IMG/VR virus record: IMGVR_UViG_2576861733_000002
Location: 27,745-91,744 of that record
Reading direction: 5' to 3' (one strand)
DNA length: 64,000 nucleotides
Source of the DNA: a virus
Lineage: Duplodnaviria > Caudoviricetes
The notes beneath the pieces were generated by a model. The model saw nothing but the letters and a program-made list of their open reading frames with translations. It had not been told where the DNA came from and searched no databases. Position 1 is the first letter of the stretch. Each line of letters starts with the position of its first letter. This document shows positions 26,256-35,433 of this stretch, in pieces. Both the position numbers and the translations under genes were made by a program.

Positions 26256-28063
26256 CTAAAAAGGGAATTTCAACATTATTAGTTTTTTTAATATTTTCTT
26301 ATATTTTTAGCGCATTAAGCTATAAGTTCACCCCAAGCTCTGACAGCATGAGCGGCATTCTGGAGGCTGCTGATATTGCTAAAGGTAACTTTGCGCTGAA
26401 AGGATGGTATTTATCAACAGTCACTTTTTATTTTACTGACTTAGTCTGGTTTGCGCTTGCCATAAAGCTTTTTGGTTATTCTGAGTGGATAACATACGTC
26501 ATACCTGGATTAATGGCGGGCGGCCTTATCGCATCATGCTACGCTCTGGGAACAAGTTCCGGCTACAAAAAAGCATGGCCTTTACTACTGTTCCTTGTTT
26601 TTCCGGGTACAGCAGTTAGTTACATGCTTTCTGTTGCGATAATACATGTTCCTACATATGCTTATATTGTTCTTTCATATATATTAATTGAGCTTTATTG
26701 CAAAAGGCAAAACAAGCTCTATTTATTATTAGCATCAATAATTGCATCTTTAACAGTATTTAGCGATGATATAACAACATATTTATTTTTCTTGCCAGTT
26801 GCAATCGCTTGTTTTATATCGAATGCAAATACAAAAGATAAAGCTGTTGTATTTTTGTCTTTGGTTTTTTCGTATATATTATTCAAGGTGATCTTATACT
26901 TTACTAACTCACCTGAATTTTTTTATTTACCCGGAGTTGGATCTCCTACATTTGTTAGTTATGACAAGTTATCATTCAACATTTCGCTTCTTTTTAAAGG
27001 TCTTTTAATATTATTCAACGCTGATTTTTTTGGCAAAGTAATTAGCTCCCCTGGCGGGGTGTTTTCTTCATTAAAGTTTGCATCATTAGTTATATTTTTT
27101 GTTCTTTTGATTCCTTCACTTATAAAAATAAGAAAACTTGGCCTGATTGATGCTGCTCTATTGATAGCGTCTCTTATCATGATCCCAGCGTATGCATTAA
27201 GCGATAAGCCAGTTGATGCAGGTACAACAAGATATTTGATTCCTGTTATTATTTTTGGCTCAATATTCTTGTGCCGAAACATTAATATAACAAAGAAATC
27301 AAATATCATTTTATGGGTCTTTACTTTTCTTATTTCCGCGTATTCTTTGACGTATGTTAACCAGCCTGATTTTTCATTTAGCAGGGATAGATCAACATCA
27401 AAATACAGACTTATATCTGATTTTTTGACTAAGCATAACCTAACTAATGGTTATGCGACATTCTGGAATGCAGCAGCAACGAGTGTCGAAAAGGAATTCA
27501 GTATAGGACCTATTAACATAGACGTTGCAAATAAAAAAGTGATGCCTTCTTTTTGGTTAACAAAAACTTCTTATTTTAACAATGGAAATAATTTTTTCAT
27601 TGTTGACAATGAGCAGCAACGGCATGTTATAGAGGAATTGTACGGAAAGCCAGAATTGACGTATATGGTATGGAATTCGCCTATTATGGTTTATGGTCAC
27701 CCTGTCAATGTCGATGAAGGCGATGTGCAAGGAAGTGCAGATACAGTGAAAAGCGATTTCAGGGCTGCGGATAAGAATCAGATATGTAATGCTGGTACAA
27801 AGGGAATGCTTGCATATGGGCCATATAAAACCCTTGGTCGGGGCTGGTACTCTCTAAAGATAAATACACATGGTGATCAATACGAGGCATCTATTTTCTC
27901 CTATGTAACAGGTGTAAAAATTAAGATGTCCCAAGAAAAATACAAGAATGGTTCATATGTTTTCGAAATAAAGGAAGATATGCCATCTGCAGAAATACAG
28001 CTTTTTGTTCAAAAAGGCTCAGATGTGTGTTTTGAATCGTACTCGCTTCAGCGTGTAAAATAA
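26252..28063 (+). CDS. Serotype-specific O-antigen glucosyltransferase (GtrC-type)
   Basis: Many TM helices plus a C-terminal soluble region; AT-rich; third gene of the gtr operon. Confidence 0.85.
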   Translation: MTKKGISTLLVFLIFSYIFSALSYKFTPSSDSMSGILEAADIAKGNFALKGWYLSTVTFYFTDLVWFALAIKLFGYSEWITYVIPGLMAGGLIASCYALGTSSGYKKAWPLLLFLVFPGTAVSYMLSVAIIHVPTYAYIVLSYILIELYCKRQNKLYLLLASIIASLTVFSDDITTYLFFLPVAIACFISNANTKDKAVVFLSLVFSYILFKVILYFTNSPEFFYLPGVGSPTFVSYDKLSFNISLLFKGLLILFNADFFGKVISSPGGVFSSLKFASLVIFFVLLIPSLIKIRKLGLIDAALLIASLIMIPAYALSDKPVDAGTTRYLIPVIIFGSIFLCRNINITKKSNIILWVFTFLISAYSLTYVNQPDFSFSRDRSTSKYRLISDFLTKHNLTNGYATFWNAAATSVEKEFSIGPINIDVANKKVMPSFWLTKTSYFNNGNNFFIVDNEQQRHVIEELYGKPELTYMVWNSPIMVYGHPVNVDEGDVQGSADTVKSDFRAADKNQICNAGTKGMLAYGPYKTLGRGWYSLKINTHGDQYEASIFSYVTGVKIKMSQEKYKNGSYVFEIKEDMPSAEIQLFVQKGSDVCFESYSLQRVK

Positions 28064-28076
28064 TAACAAGATGAAA

Positions 28077-28102
28077 AGCGCCAGTAATAGAACACTGGCG
28101 CT
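28077..28102. terminator. Hairpin between convergent gtrC and tailspike genes
   Basis: AGCGCCAGT-N8-ACTGGCGCT. Confidence 0.65.
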
Positions 28103-28122
28103 ATGTCATTTAAGTAATTATT

Positions 28123-30291
28123 CTATGCCATCAGGTATGATCCGTTTATCCTGACTGCCTGTGTTGATCCAAGCGACGCATAGCCAGTTATCTCAAGGTA
28201 ACCTGTAGTTCGGACATAGGCCTCTACGGGAACCATGGTCGAACTTGCGTTAACCCCCCATGCAGAAATCGGAGTATCAACAGCCGGCCGAAGATTTGTA
28301 GCGATAAGCCAGGCATTTGCCGCCGTTCCTTTTGTAAGAGAACCGCTGATAAACACGCGGTGACCATGCGGCGTTGCTTTAAAGTCTGTCTGTGTTGTCC
28401 ATCCATTTAAAACTGAGCCACTCAGCACACTTGGCAGCGCACTGAAATTACCCAACGAGTTACCGTAGCCAATAACATTTGACGGGTCAAAACCCATGCC
28501 TTGGGTATATTCAACGCCATATGTTCCGTTAGCGTTGGCAATCAGGCGTCCATGCGAGTTTGTATTCCCGCCAAATTTATAACCAGCAACAGAAGACCCA
28601 GTAACAGCGCCGTCGCCAATATTAACGTAAGCAGAGTTGTAGTGTACCTCGATACCGCCAGACACATTCTGGCACATGTGCTGGCCTATAGTAGCATTAA
28701 CGACCAGAGCACTAAATATCAGCGAGTAGTAGTTACCGTAGGCATTAATGCAGATGTACTTGCCGATGTGGATGTTGGTTGTATGTCCAGTTCCGGTTGA
28801 TGTTGGCACCAACCCCCACGTAGCATTCTGAACAGTCAGACTACCGATAATGAGTCGGTCGATACCCACGCTATCTGCTGCGTCATATAATCCACCACAG
28901 GAACTATAGCTATACTCGGACGCATTTATATGCCCGCAGACCAGAGAGTTAATGTGGATACCCGCGCACACGGAACCTGTTCCATCAGATTTGAAAATGT
29001 ACCCATCACCGTACTGGCCATGCACTTTAATGCGGTCGGCCCACAGGTTCTGGCATTTCATGGTGAAACCGTGGAAGCCGCCAATACATTCAATGAGGCC
29101 ATTACACAATATGCCTTCACTCTGTTCCAGCAAAACAGCGTGTGTCGCCGGGTTTGAAGAAATACCGATAGAGTTAAGGGTAATAAGGTTAGATACTTCG
29201 CAACCGCATTTATCACCAGCACCGTAAATAACAACGCAATCCTCATACGTGGTTGTTGAATAAAGGTTCTGTGAAACATAATTCCCGCAGTCAACGCCGA
29301 CATTTATTAACTTAAACCCTTTGGCCTGGTTCTTAACAGCCCCCTGAATTACTGACCCACTCCCACTAACAAATCTCGATTTATCAGAGGAAACATAAGG
29401 CATCCCCACACCAATGATAGAAATATTGGTCTTGGTATTTCTGCCGGAAGAATAATAACCAGTAATGTCGTAATCTCTTTTGCCAAGCAGTAGCGTAGCA
29501 CCACTCGTAGCAGCATCCAGTGCAGCCTTCAAATCTCCGTTATACGGTGCGTTATCAACAACGATAACCGTCTTAGGCAGGCTGTAATGTTCAGCCAGGC
29601 CACCGATATATGTGAAACCTGTAGGTTTAGCCAGTTCAATCAGCACATCGGCCGCTGAGCCTGATTCAGGTAGGACCATCAGCGGATTACCTGCATCATC
29701 CATCGCAACTAATTTATTTTTGCGCATCTCCACATCGGGTAAGGATGTTATTACCTCTGGAGTACGAAGCGTGCGGCTAAAATTGTTACCCGAAAGAGTA
29801 TCAACATAATTTTTAGTTACGGCGTCCTGGGTATTCACAGGATCTGCAAGGTTGGCAATGCGGTTACCTTCAGCATCGTAAAAGCTGGCAAACCGATTAG
29901 GCTTTTTAAGCGCGAGCGTGTCCCACCATAAAATATCCCGCTGAATCAGCATCGTCAGTTTATCAAGTGCCCGTTCGTGGCTGGCCGCCGGGAACTTTCC
30001 AGTATCCTGATAGCTGGTTAATTGAGTTGCATCTGGATCACGAAAAATAAAGAGTATTTTTCCTGCATGAGCAGTTGCCAGCGTCAACTGACCACCGCTT
30101 TCATTTCCTGCACCGGAAAGGTAATAATCCTGATTCAACACCAGCGTTGTTGGATTATAAGTATCATCAGAAGGGTCATAAATTTGGGCAGCAATATGAT
30201 CATTCTCAATGAAATAAAACGGTATATCAAAGGGACCAGTACTTGTTGAAAGTTCATATTCAACAGTAGAAATTTCATTCTCGACCATCAT
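28123..30291 (-). CDS. Tailspike (beta-helix receptor-binding protein)
   Basis: T7 gp17-like N-terminal anchor (FDIPFYF..HERALDKLTML), then a Gly/Asn/Val-rich beta-helix region. Confidence 0.88.
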   Translation of the reverse strand: MMVENEISTVEYELSTSTGPFDIPFYFIENDHIAAQIYDPSDDTYNPTTLVLNQDYYLSGAGNESGGQLTLATAHAGKILFIFRDPDATQLTSYQDTGKFPAASHERALDKLTMLIQRDILWWDTLALKKPNRFASFYDAEGNRIANLADPVNTQDAVTKNYVDTLSGNNFSRTLRTPEVITSLPDVEMRKNKLVAMDDAGNPLMVLPESGSAADVLIELAKPTGFTYIGGLAEHYSLPKTVIVVDNAPYNGDLKAALDAATSGATLLLGKRDYDITGYYSSGRNTKTNISIIGVGMPYVSSDKSRFVSGSGSVIQGAVKNQAKGFKLINVGVDCGNYVSQNLYSTTTYEDCVVIYGAGDKCGCEVSNLITLNSIGISSNPATHAVLLEQSEGILCNGLIECIGGFHGFTMKCQNLWADRIKVHGQYGDGYIFKSDGTGSVCAGIHINSLVCGHINASEYSYSSCGGLYDAADSVGIDRLIIGSLTVQNATWGLVPTSTGTGHTTNIHIGKYICINAYGNYYSLIFSALVVNATIGQHMCQNVSGGIEVHYNSAYVNIGDGAVTGSSVAGYKFGGNTNSHGRLIANANGTYGVEYTQGMGFDPSNVIGYGNSLGNFSALPSVLSGSVLNGWTTQTDFKATPHGHRVFISGSLTKGTAANAWLIATNLRPAVDTPISAWGVNASSTMVPVEAYVRTTGYLEITGYASLGSTQAVRINGSYLMA

Positions 30292-30321
30292 TAAGCCCCA
30301 AAACAATTCGACATGTCTGGC

Positions 30322-30372
30322 ATTGTCAGAATCGCCCTGGCGCTGGGCAAAAATAAGGCCGCTATTTGCGGC
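30322..30372 (-). promoter_or_regulatory. Terminator plus promoter cassette (TTGCCC-17-GACAAT) before the tailspike gene
   Basis: 21-bp GCTGGGCAAAAATAAGGCCGC shared with 32088-32108. Confidence 0.6.
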
Positions 30373-30383
30373 CCTTTGAAGGT

Positions 30384-30623
30384 TTACATCACGACTGTTC
30401 CGCTTACGCTGGTCGCTGTGGCATCTGGCGCAGCTGCATTTTCTTCCTGTAGTTGCTTCAGCCGCGCCTGCACAGCGGCTTCAAATTCTGCCTGAGCAGC
30501 ATCAGCCTTTACCTGCGCTTTGGCTTTGAAGTAATCGCGGATTTTTACCCAGCCACCAGCTATTAAAAACAACGCGCTTGCGGCGGTGGAAAAATACAGC
30601 ATTACACTTTCGATAAATGTCAT
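30384..30623 (-). CDS. Small membrane protein
   Basis: One TM helix plus coiled coil; overlaps Rz stop. Confidence 0.7.
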   Translation of the reverse strand: MTFIESVMLYFSTAASALFLIAGGWVKIRDYFKAKAQVKADAAQAEFEAAVQARLKQLQEENAAAPDATATSVSGTVVM

Positions 30624-31150
30624 TTTGTTTTTCCTTGTCTGAGTTGTTCAGCCTGTTGAATGGCTGAAAGTTGGTTGTTGGCTTTTTCGATTGCTGCCAG
30701 TAGCGGCTGAATCCAAAGAACGGCCTGACAATAAGTCAGTTGGCCGGTGGCAATGGCGCCAGCACCTGCTGTGTCAGTCCCGCCGATAGTGGTGTGCATT
30801 GCGCTGGCACGTAGACGGTACGTGTAGTCGAGCAACCCGTTAGCAATGTCAGCAGGAACAGGCAGGTCACACGTTTTTTCACGCTTGAGAATCGTTCTGT
30901 ATTCAATGACTGTTTCCTCTGATTTGGCGTCAACTGTGGTATTGGCGGTCACTGTAGTACCGGCAATACCGTTAAAGGCTTGCTGCTGATCAGCCTGCAT
31001 CTGAATGACTTTGGCCTGAACGAGAACGTTAGCCTCCGCTGTATCGGCCCGGTTGCTGTTGCTCTCGTAACGAATACCGAAGAACAGGCTCAGCCCGGCC
31101 ACCAGCAGGATCACTAACAAAAAGATGCTCGCTTTGATTTCTGCGCTCAC
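30620..31150 (-). CDS. i-spanin (Rz-like)
   Basis: N-terminal TM helix; follows endolysin; contains an embedded lipoprotein gene. Confidence 0.85.
   Translation of the reverse strand: MSAEIKASIFLLVILLVAGLSLFFGIRYESNSNRADTAEANVLVQAKVIQMQADQQQAFNGIAGTTVTANTTVDAKSEETVIEYRTILKREKTCDLPVPADIANGLLDYTYRLRASAMHTTIGGTDTAGAGAIATGQLTYCQAVLWIQPLLAAIEKANNQLSAIQQAEQLRQGKTK
30736..30882 (-). CDS. o-spanin (Rz1-like), embedded
   Basis: GTG start MKKRVTCLFLLTLLTGC lipobox; Pro-rich. Confidence 0.75.
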   Translation of the reverse strand: MKKRVTCLFLLTLLTGCSTTRTVYVPAQCTPLSAGLTQQVLAPLPPAN

Positions 31151-31677
31151 TGGTCTATCCCCCAGCACGCCAACGCGCTTTCCTGATCCCGGCGAGCCAC
31201 CTGCCCGTAACAGTTATTCGAACGAATGCGGCAGTCGCGCCCACCGTCTTTAATCCACCAGCGGATCGCTTCGCAAGCGCCTTTACGGTCACCAGCATTG
31301 ATGCGCTGATAGAACGTTGAGGGGAAGCATTTCCCAGGGCCTATGTTGTACGGGCAGAATGAAGCAATACCGGCTTTCTGCGGTTCGGTAAGCGTCACTT
31401 TGATATTCCGGTCCACCCACGCCAGCGCCTTATTGCGCTCGATGGCGTTCACCTGATCACATTTCGCCTGTGATAGCTTCATACCCTGAATTACTGGTTT
31501 CCCATCTACCAGCGTGACGCCGCGGCAAATTGTCCAGATGCCGGAACTATCGAGGTACGCCGTCAGGCTGCTGCCCTCTTTCTCATTCAGAAACTGATCG
31601 AGAAGAACCGGAGCCGAAGCCCCGGCGGCAATCAACCCGAGCATGGCCGCACTAAGCTTCGCTCTCGTCGATGCCAT
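31147..31677 (-). CDS. SAR endolysin (phage 21 R-like)
   Basis: KLSAAMLGLIAAGASA SAR helix; EKEG..AYLDSSGIWTICRG. Confidence 0.92.
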   Translation of the reverse strand: MASTRAKLSAAMLGLIAAGASAPVLLDQFLNEKEGSSLTAYLDSSGIWTICRGVTLVDGKPVIQGMKLSQAKCDQVNAIERNKALAWVDRNIKVTLTEPQKAGIASFCPYNIGPGKCFPSTFYQRINAGDRKGACEAIRWWIKDGGRDCRIRSNNCYGQVARRDQESALACWGIDQ

Positions 31678-32017
31678 GAGATAGCCCCTGTGTATGAATT
31701 TCAGTTTCATCCATCACGCGCTGAACTTTAGCCACAACCTCATCGGCCTGGCTCAGATCGTGTTTGTCGGATTTGCTCAGGAAATCAACGATAGCTCTGG
31801 TGCGCTGGCGATCTAAATTCAGACGTTCAGCGTTTGACAGGCGCTCAGTTCGGATTGAGCGCCGTTTATCGAGCCAGCTCAGAAAGGTTAAAAGAAAGCC
31901 AAGTACAGCAATAATCAGGTAGGCCAATTCCAGTGTTGTGATGCCAAGAACGGCCGCCGCTGTCGTTATCGAATTACCTACCCACGATAACCAGTTTGTT
32001 TGTTGGTTCATCCTCAT
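31652..32017 (-). CDS. Putative holin
   Basis: Hydrophobic N-terminal half; directly upstream of the endolysin. Confidence 0.65.
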   Translation of the reverse strand: MRMNQQTNWLSWVGNSITTAAAVLGITTLELAYLIIAVLGFLLTFLSWLDKRRSIRTERLSNAERLNLDRQRTRAIVDFLSKSDKHDLSQADEVVAKVQRVMDETEIHTQGLSHGIDESEA

Positions 32018-32067
32018 CGCCTCACCTCCCAGCCGGGATGGAGTAAGTGAAATATCAGGCAGGTCTG

Positions 32068-32121
32068 ATTGTGATGAGGGGAAAGGTGCTGGGCAAAAAT
32101 AAGGCCGCGGATGGCGGCCTT
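32068..32121 (-). promoter_or_regulatory. Terminator plus promoter cassette (TTGCCC-17-CACAAT) before the lysis genes
   Basis: Second copy of the cassette at 30322-30372. Confidence 0.6.
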
Positions 32122-32151
32122 ATGCCAGAAAATTTTGTGTTTTGATATATG

Positions 32152-32484
32152 TCAAATCCAAGAAGATGGCGATCCGGTTTTGTCCCGGAAAAAGTCACTA
32201 AATTCAATTATTGCAGCTTTATAGGGCTTACTGAAATGGTTCAGGCAAATATTATCAAGGAGTTTCTGGTACTTCACTCTTTTATCTAGCGCAACCAAAT
32301 AGCCGCATAGAACCCCACCAAATATTACGCTCAAAACGATATTATCATTGGGGTAAAAAATAAAATTGAAGATTACACCAATGAATAAAATAATCGAAAA
32401 AATACCTAAATTCTTTTCTATTCCTCGTGAACGATAATACTCATGCTCTGTATTCAAAGCCTGCTCTTGCTCTGTTAATGGCAT
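32152..32484 (-). CDS. AT-rich 2-TM membrane protein (moron)
   Basis: Two hydrophobic helices; low GC; between ejection and lysis genes. Confidence 0.7.
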   Translation of the reverse strand: MPLTEQEQALNTEHEYYRSRGIEKNLGIFSIILFIGVIFNFIFYPNDNIVLSVIFGGVLCGYLVALDKRVKYQKLLDNICLNHFSKPYKAAIIEFSDFFRDKTGSPSSWI

Positions 32485-32505
32485 AAATCCCCCGATGAGT
32501 GAAGG

Positions 32506-35433
32506 TTATCGCCCAAGCATAAACTGCGACGGCGGGATTATAAAGTCATTCCCCTGCTCTTCCTTCACGCGTTGCTGATAGCGTTGCAGCGAGCCGGGTG
32601 ACATCCATTCCCGCATCTGGTTCAGGATCAGAAAATCCATCACCGGGCGCACCACATGAAGATTCATGTATGGCGTGTGGTTGATAGCAAAATTGAAGTA
32701 ATCAGCAGCACGCGCATCGCCCTGCTTTGTCAGCCCAAACAAATTCACTGCCTGGGCCAGGTCAGAAGCAAATGGCCCGGCCAGTGATGTCGCCGGGGTA
32801 TTCCCGAACCGGTTATATTCACCAAAAAGAAAATCGCCAAGAATACCCAGCCCGCCGCCCTGCGCCATTGCCGCCGTCCATGTACTGACATTATCAGCCG
32901 GGCGTGGCGTCTGCCCGCGCAACATCAGTTTTGTCTGCATGGACAAATAGCCGAATGCCGTCGCCCAGAGGAACATCTGAGCAATCCCCATTATCTCACC
33001 GTTGCCGTTCCTGAATGCACGCGTCAGCGCATTATCGCGGAAAGTATTGTTCTGGCTGAGGGAACCGAAATCATAACCACGGCCGAACAACTCACGCCCG
33101 ATCGCATTCTGCATAAAACTGGCGGTGAAGGATTTGAACTGCCAGGCAAATCGCAGCATCTCCCCGTAAGCGGTACCGCGTTGCATGCCCTGTTTCATGA
33201 TGGACATTGTGCGTGCGTCAGGTTCGTTCAGCGCCACACCAACACGATCGAGAATATAGCCACGCACTTTGTCTGAAAGCATATCGCGGGCATATTCGAT
33301 CGAGCGATCGTTAATTTTTATTCCCCGGTTGGTAAGGTAATTTTCGATATCCGCGCGCGGTATATCCGCTACACCGTCCGGCGTCATATAGGCGTTACCA
33401 TCGGCAGCATGCAGTTTCATTTTGCTGAGCGCCGCCCACTCGTTTTCCTCGATGCCGTGCATCGTCAGCACGCGCCGTAACTCTTCCGGCACATCGCGAA
33501 ATGATTTCCCGGCATGCGCACCCAGCCACTCGGAAACCATCATTCCGGTACTGTAACGGCTGCTGTTTGTCCACCAGCTTTGCAGATTCAGCCGGAAGTA
33601 ATGCCGCATTGCCCTGTTCACCCGGCCCGGCATCGAATTGTCAGCACTGAAGCGGTACATCAGTTCGTCTTTCATGGCATCCGCATGCAGCCCGAGCGAT
33701 TTAAGAACCTGTTGCCGTTCGGCCCCCTTCCAGCGCGTCAGCTGCACTTTGTTGCTGGTCGCCTCCCACACGGCGGCAAGCATGTCACGTCCCTGATAGC
33801 GCATCTCCATTGCCTGGGTGGCGATATCGTTGAAGGAAGAAATCATTGAGCCACCCAGCTTCATCATTGTCTCAACAGCGCGAGCGGTCGCGGCCACGCG
33901 CGCCAGCCCGGCATTACCGGGAATGTTGGTCTGGCCGGTGATTTCCTTTAGCTGGTTGGTCAAAGAAGTATTCCGCTTTTGCCGGAATTTATTCAGCGCA
34001 TTGTCATCTTTCGCGGCCTTATAGCGCTGCTCGATCCGGTCAGCCAGTTCATTGAACATGTTTTCCGGATTAGTACCCATACGCCGCATCAGTCCGGTGG
34101 TTTCAGCCGAATGGATCAGGCCGCTCCCCACGGCTTCGCGCAGATTTCCCACGCCAAATTTATCGTTGTAGCGGTACCACGACAGCCCGTCTTTGAAATG
34201 CAATACGCGTTCCTGGCTCGCCCGGCGCGCAACGTTGGTGCTGCCACCTTTAAAGCCCGTCATCCAGTCCGGGCGATCGGTACGCAAATGGACGCCGGAA
34301 GACAGCCCCACATACACGTTATGCAGAAAATCGTCGATGGCCGCCTGTGATGGCGACAGGCCGCCCGGCGCTGCCGGATCAAAACGCGGAGTCCGCCCGG
34401 CGACGCTCACCCACTCGCCGCCGTCATTACGGAAGCCAACGATATCACCGAGATCGATATCCTGCCCGTTAGCCAGCAAATCCCCGTTGCGGAAATTCGC
34501 CCGCACTACCTGCCCATTACCGCGCATGAGATCGACATTTTCACTCACAACGCCCTTGATATAAAAACGCCCATCAGAGCGCTGCGCCAGCGCGCCCACG
34601 TTTTCAGGTTTCAGCGGCTTAGCCGGGCGAGCACGCCCATAAATCTGGTCTTCTGTCATCGCTGCCGCTTTTCGTACGGTCACGCCGTTCTGCCCGTTTA
34701 TGTCCAGTCCTTCGAATGTCCGCTGATCCAGTTCCGGAAGAATGGCATCACGCCAGGCCTCAAAGCCTGCTGTGCGAATTTTATGGATATCGTGAGACTG
34801 GCGGGCTATATAACCGGGCAGTTTGCCAATTGATGCGCCAGCGCGGTTTGCATCGATGCGCGCTTTTTCCTGCCACTTCTCAAGTACGCGGGCAATTTTG
34901 ATAGCGTCTTCCGGGATATGCCCCACATCGAGGTTGTTGCCCAGCCGCCACATAGCATCAGCAATGTTCTGATCCAGTGATCCATTAGCAAAAACAGGCA
35001 AAACGCCCTGGGCTTCAAGGTCATTGGCGAGACCGGAAATGTAGTGATCGCGCAGTTGGCGCATGTTATTAAACGCGCTGTCGCGGGAACCGGCCACAGC
35101 CTCATTACGCCCGACCATAATAGCGGACAGGGCGAGATCTGGACGCCCTCCAAAGGCGTCAATACGCTGAAGATTTTCATGCATCAGGCGCAAATTGATA
35201 ACCCGGTTTCGCGCTTCGATGTGCTTTGCCAGCGCATCATCGCGCGCCACTTCATCAGCAGCACGGAGAGCGGCTTCCTCCAGCGACAGCCCCTGATTTT
35301 CTGCCCGTATACGTGTGACTGTGGATTCCATCTTGGTGACGAGATCCTGCATTTCATCCTCGCCAAGCTGGCGACCGGCCGCCGTGTTTACTGCCTGCTC
35401 GCAGGCTGTCAGAAATTCACCCTGTGCCATCAA
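32506..35433 (-). CDS. Large internal virion (DNA ejection) protein
   Basis: 975 aa; last of three large genes after the tail tube genes; QFKSF and GGGLGILGD motifs. Confidence 0.8.
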   Translation of the reverse strand: MMAQGEFLTACEQAVNTAAGRQLGEDEMQDLVTKMESTVTRIRAENQGLSLEEAALRAADEVARDDALAKHIEARNRVINLRLMHENLQRIDAFGGRPDLALSAIMVGRNEAVAGSRDSAFNNMRQLRDHYISGLANDLEAQGVLPVFANGSLDQNIADAMWRLGNNLDVGHIPEDAIKIARVLEKWQEKARIDANRAGASIGKLPGYIARQSHDIHKIRTAGFEAWRDAILPELDQRTFEGLDINGQNGVTVRKAAAMTEDQIYGRARPAKPLKPENVGALAQRSDGRFYIKGVVSENVDLMRGNGQVVRANFRNGDLLANGQDIDLGDIVGFRNDGGEWVSVAGRTPRFDPAAPGGLSPSQAAIDDFLHNVYVGLSSGVHLRTDRPDWMTGFKGGSTNVARRASQERVLHFKDGLSWYRYNDKFGVGNLREAVGSGLIHSAETTGLMRRMGTNPENMFNELADRIEQRYKAAKDDNALNKFRQKRNTSLTNQLKEITGQTNIPGNAGLARVAATARAVETMMKLGGSMISSFNDIATQAMEMRYQGRDMLAAVWEATSNKVQLTRWKGAERQQVLKSLGLHADAMKDELMYRFSADNSMPGRVNRAMRHYFRLNLQSWWTNSSRYSTGMMVSEWLGAHAGKSFRDVPEELRRVLTMHGIEENEWAALSKMKLHAADGNAYMTPDGVADIPRADIENYLTNRGIKINDRSIEYARDMLSDKVRGYILDRVGVALNEPDARTMSIMKQGMQRGTAYGEMLRFAWQFKSFTASFMQNAIGRELFGRGYDFGSLSQNNTFRDNALTRAFRNGNGEIMGIAQMFLWATAFGYLSMQTKLMLRGQTPRPADNVSTWTAAMAQGGGLGILGDFLFGEYNRFGNTPATSLAGPFASDLAQAVNLFGLTKQGDARAADYFNFAINHTPYMNLHVVRPVMDFLILNQMREWMSPGSLQRYQQRVKEEQGNDFIIPPSQFMLGR

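Noticed and set aside
28123-30291. Diversity-generating retroelement, given the BPP-1-like head genes
   Set aside because: No reverse transcriptase and no template/variable repeat pair seen in the window
30620-30882. Rz C-terminus (LTYCQAVLWIQPLL..) looks like an o-spanin tail while Rz1 is short, suggesting a frameshift
   Set aside because: I recall the same long-Rz/short-Rz1 layout in other enterobacterial prophages, both ORFs are intact, and the Rz stop is coupled to the next gene
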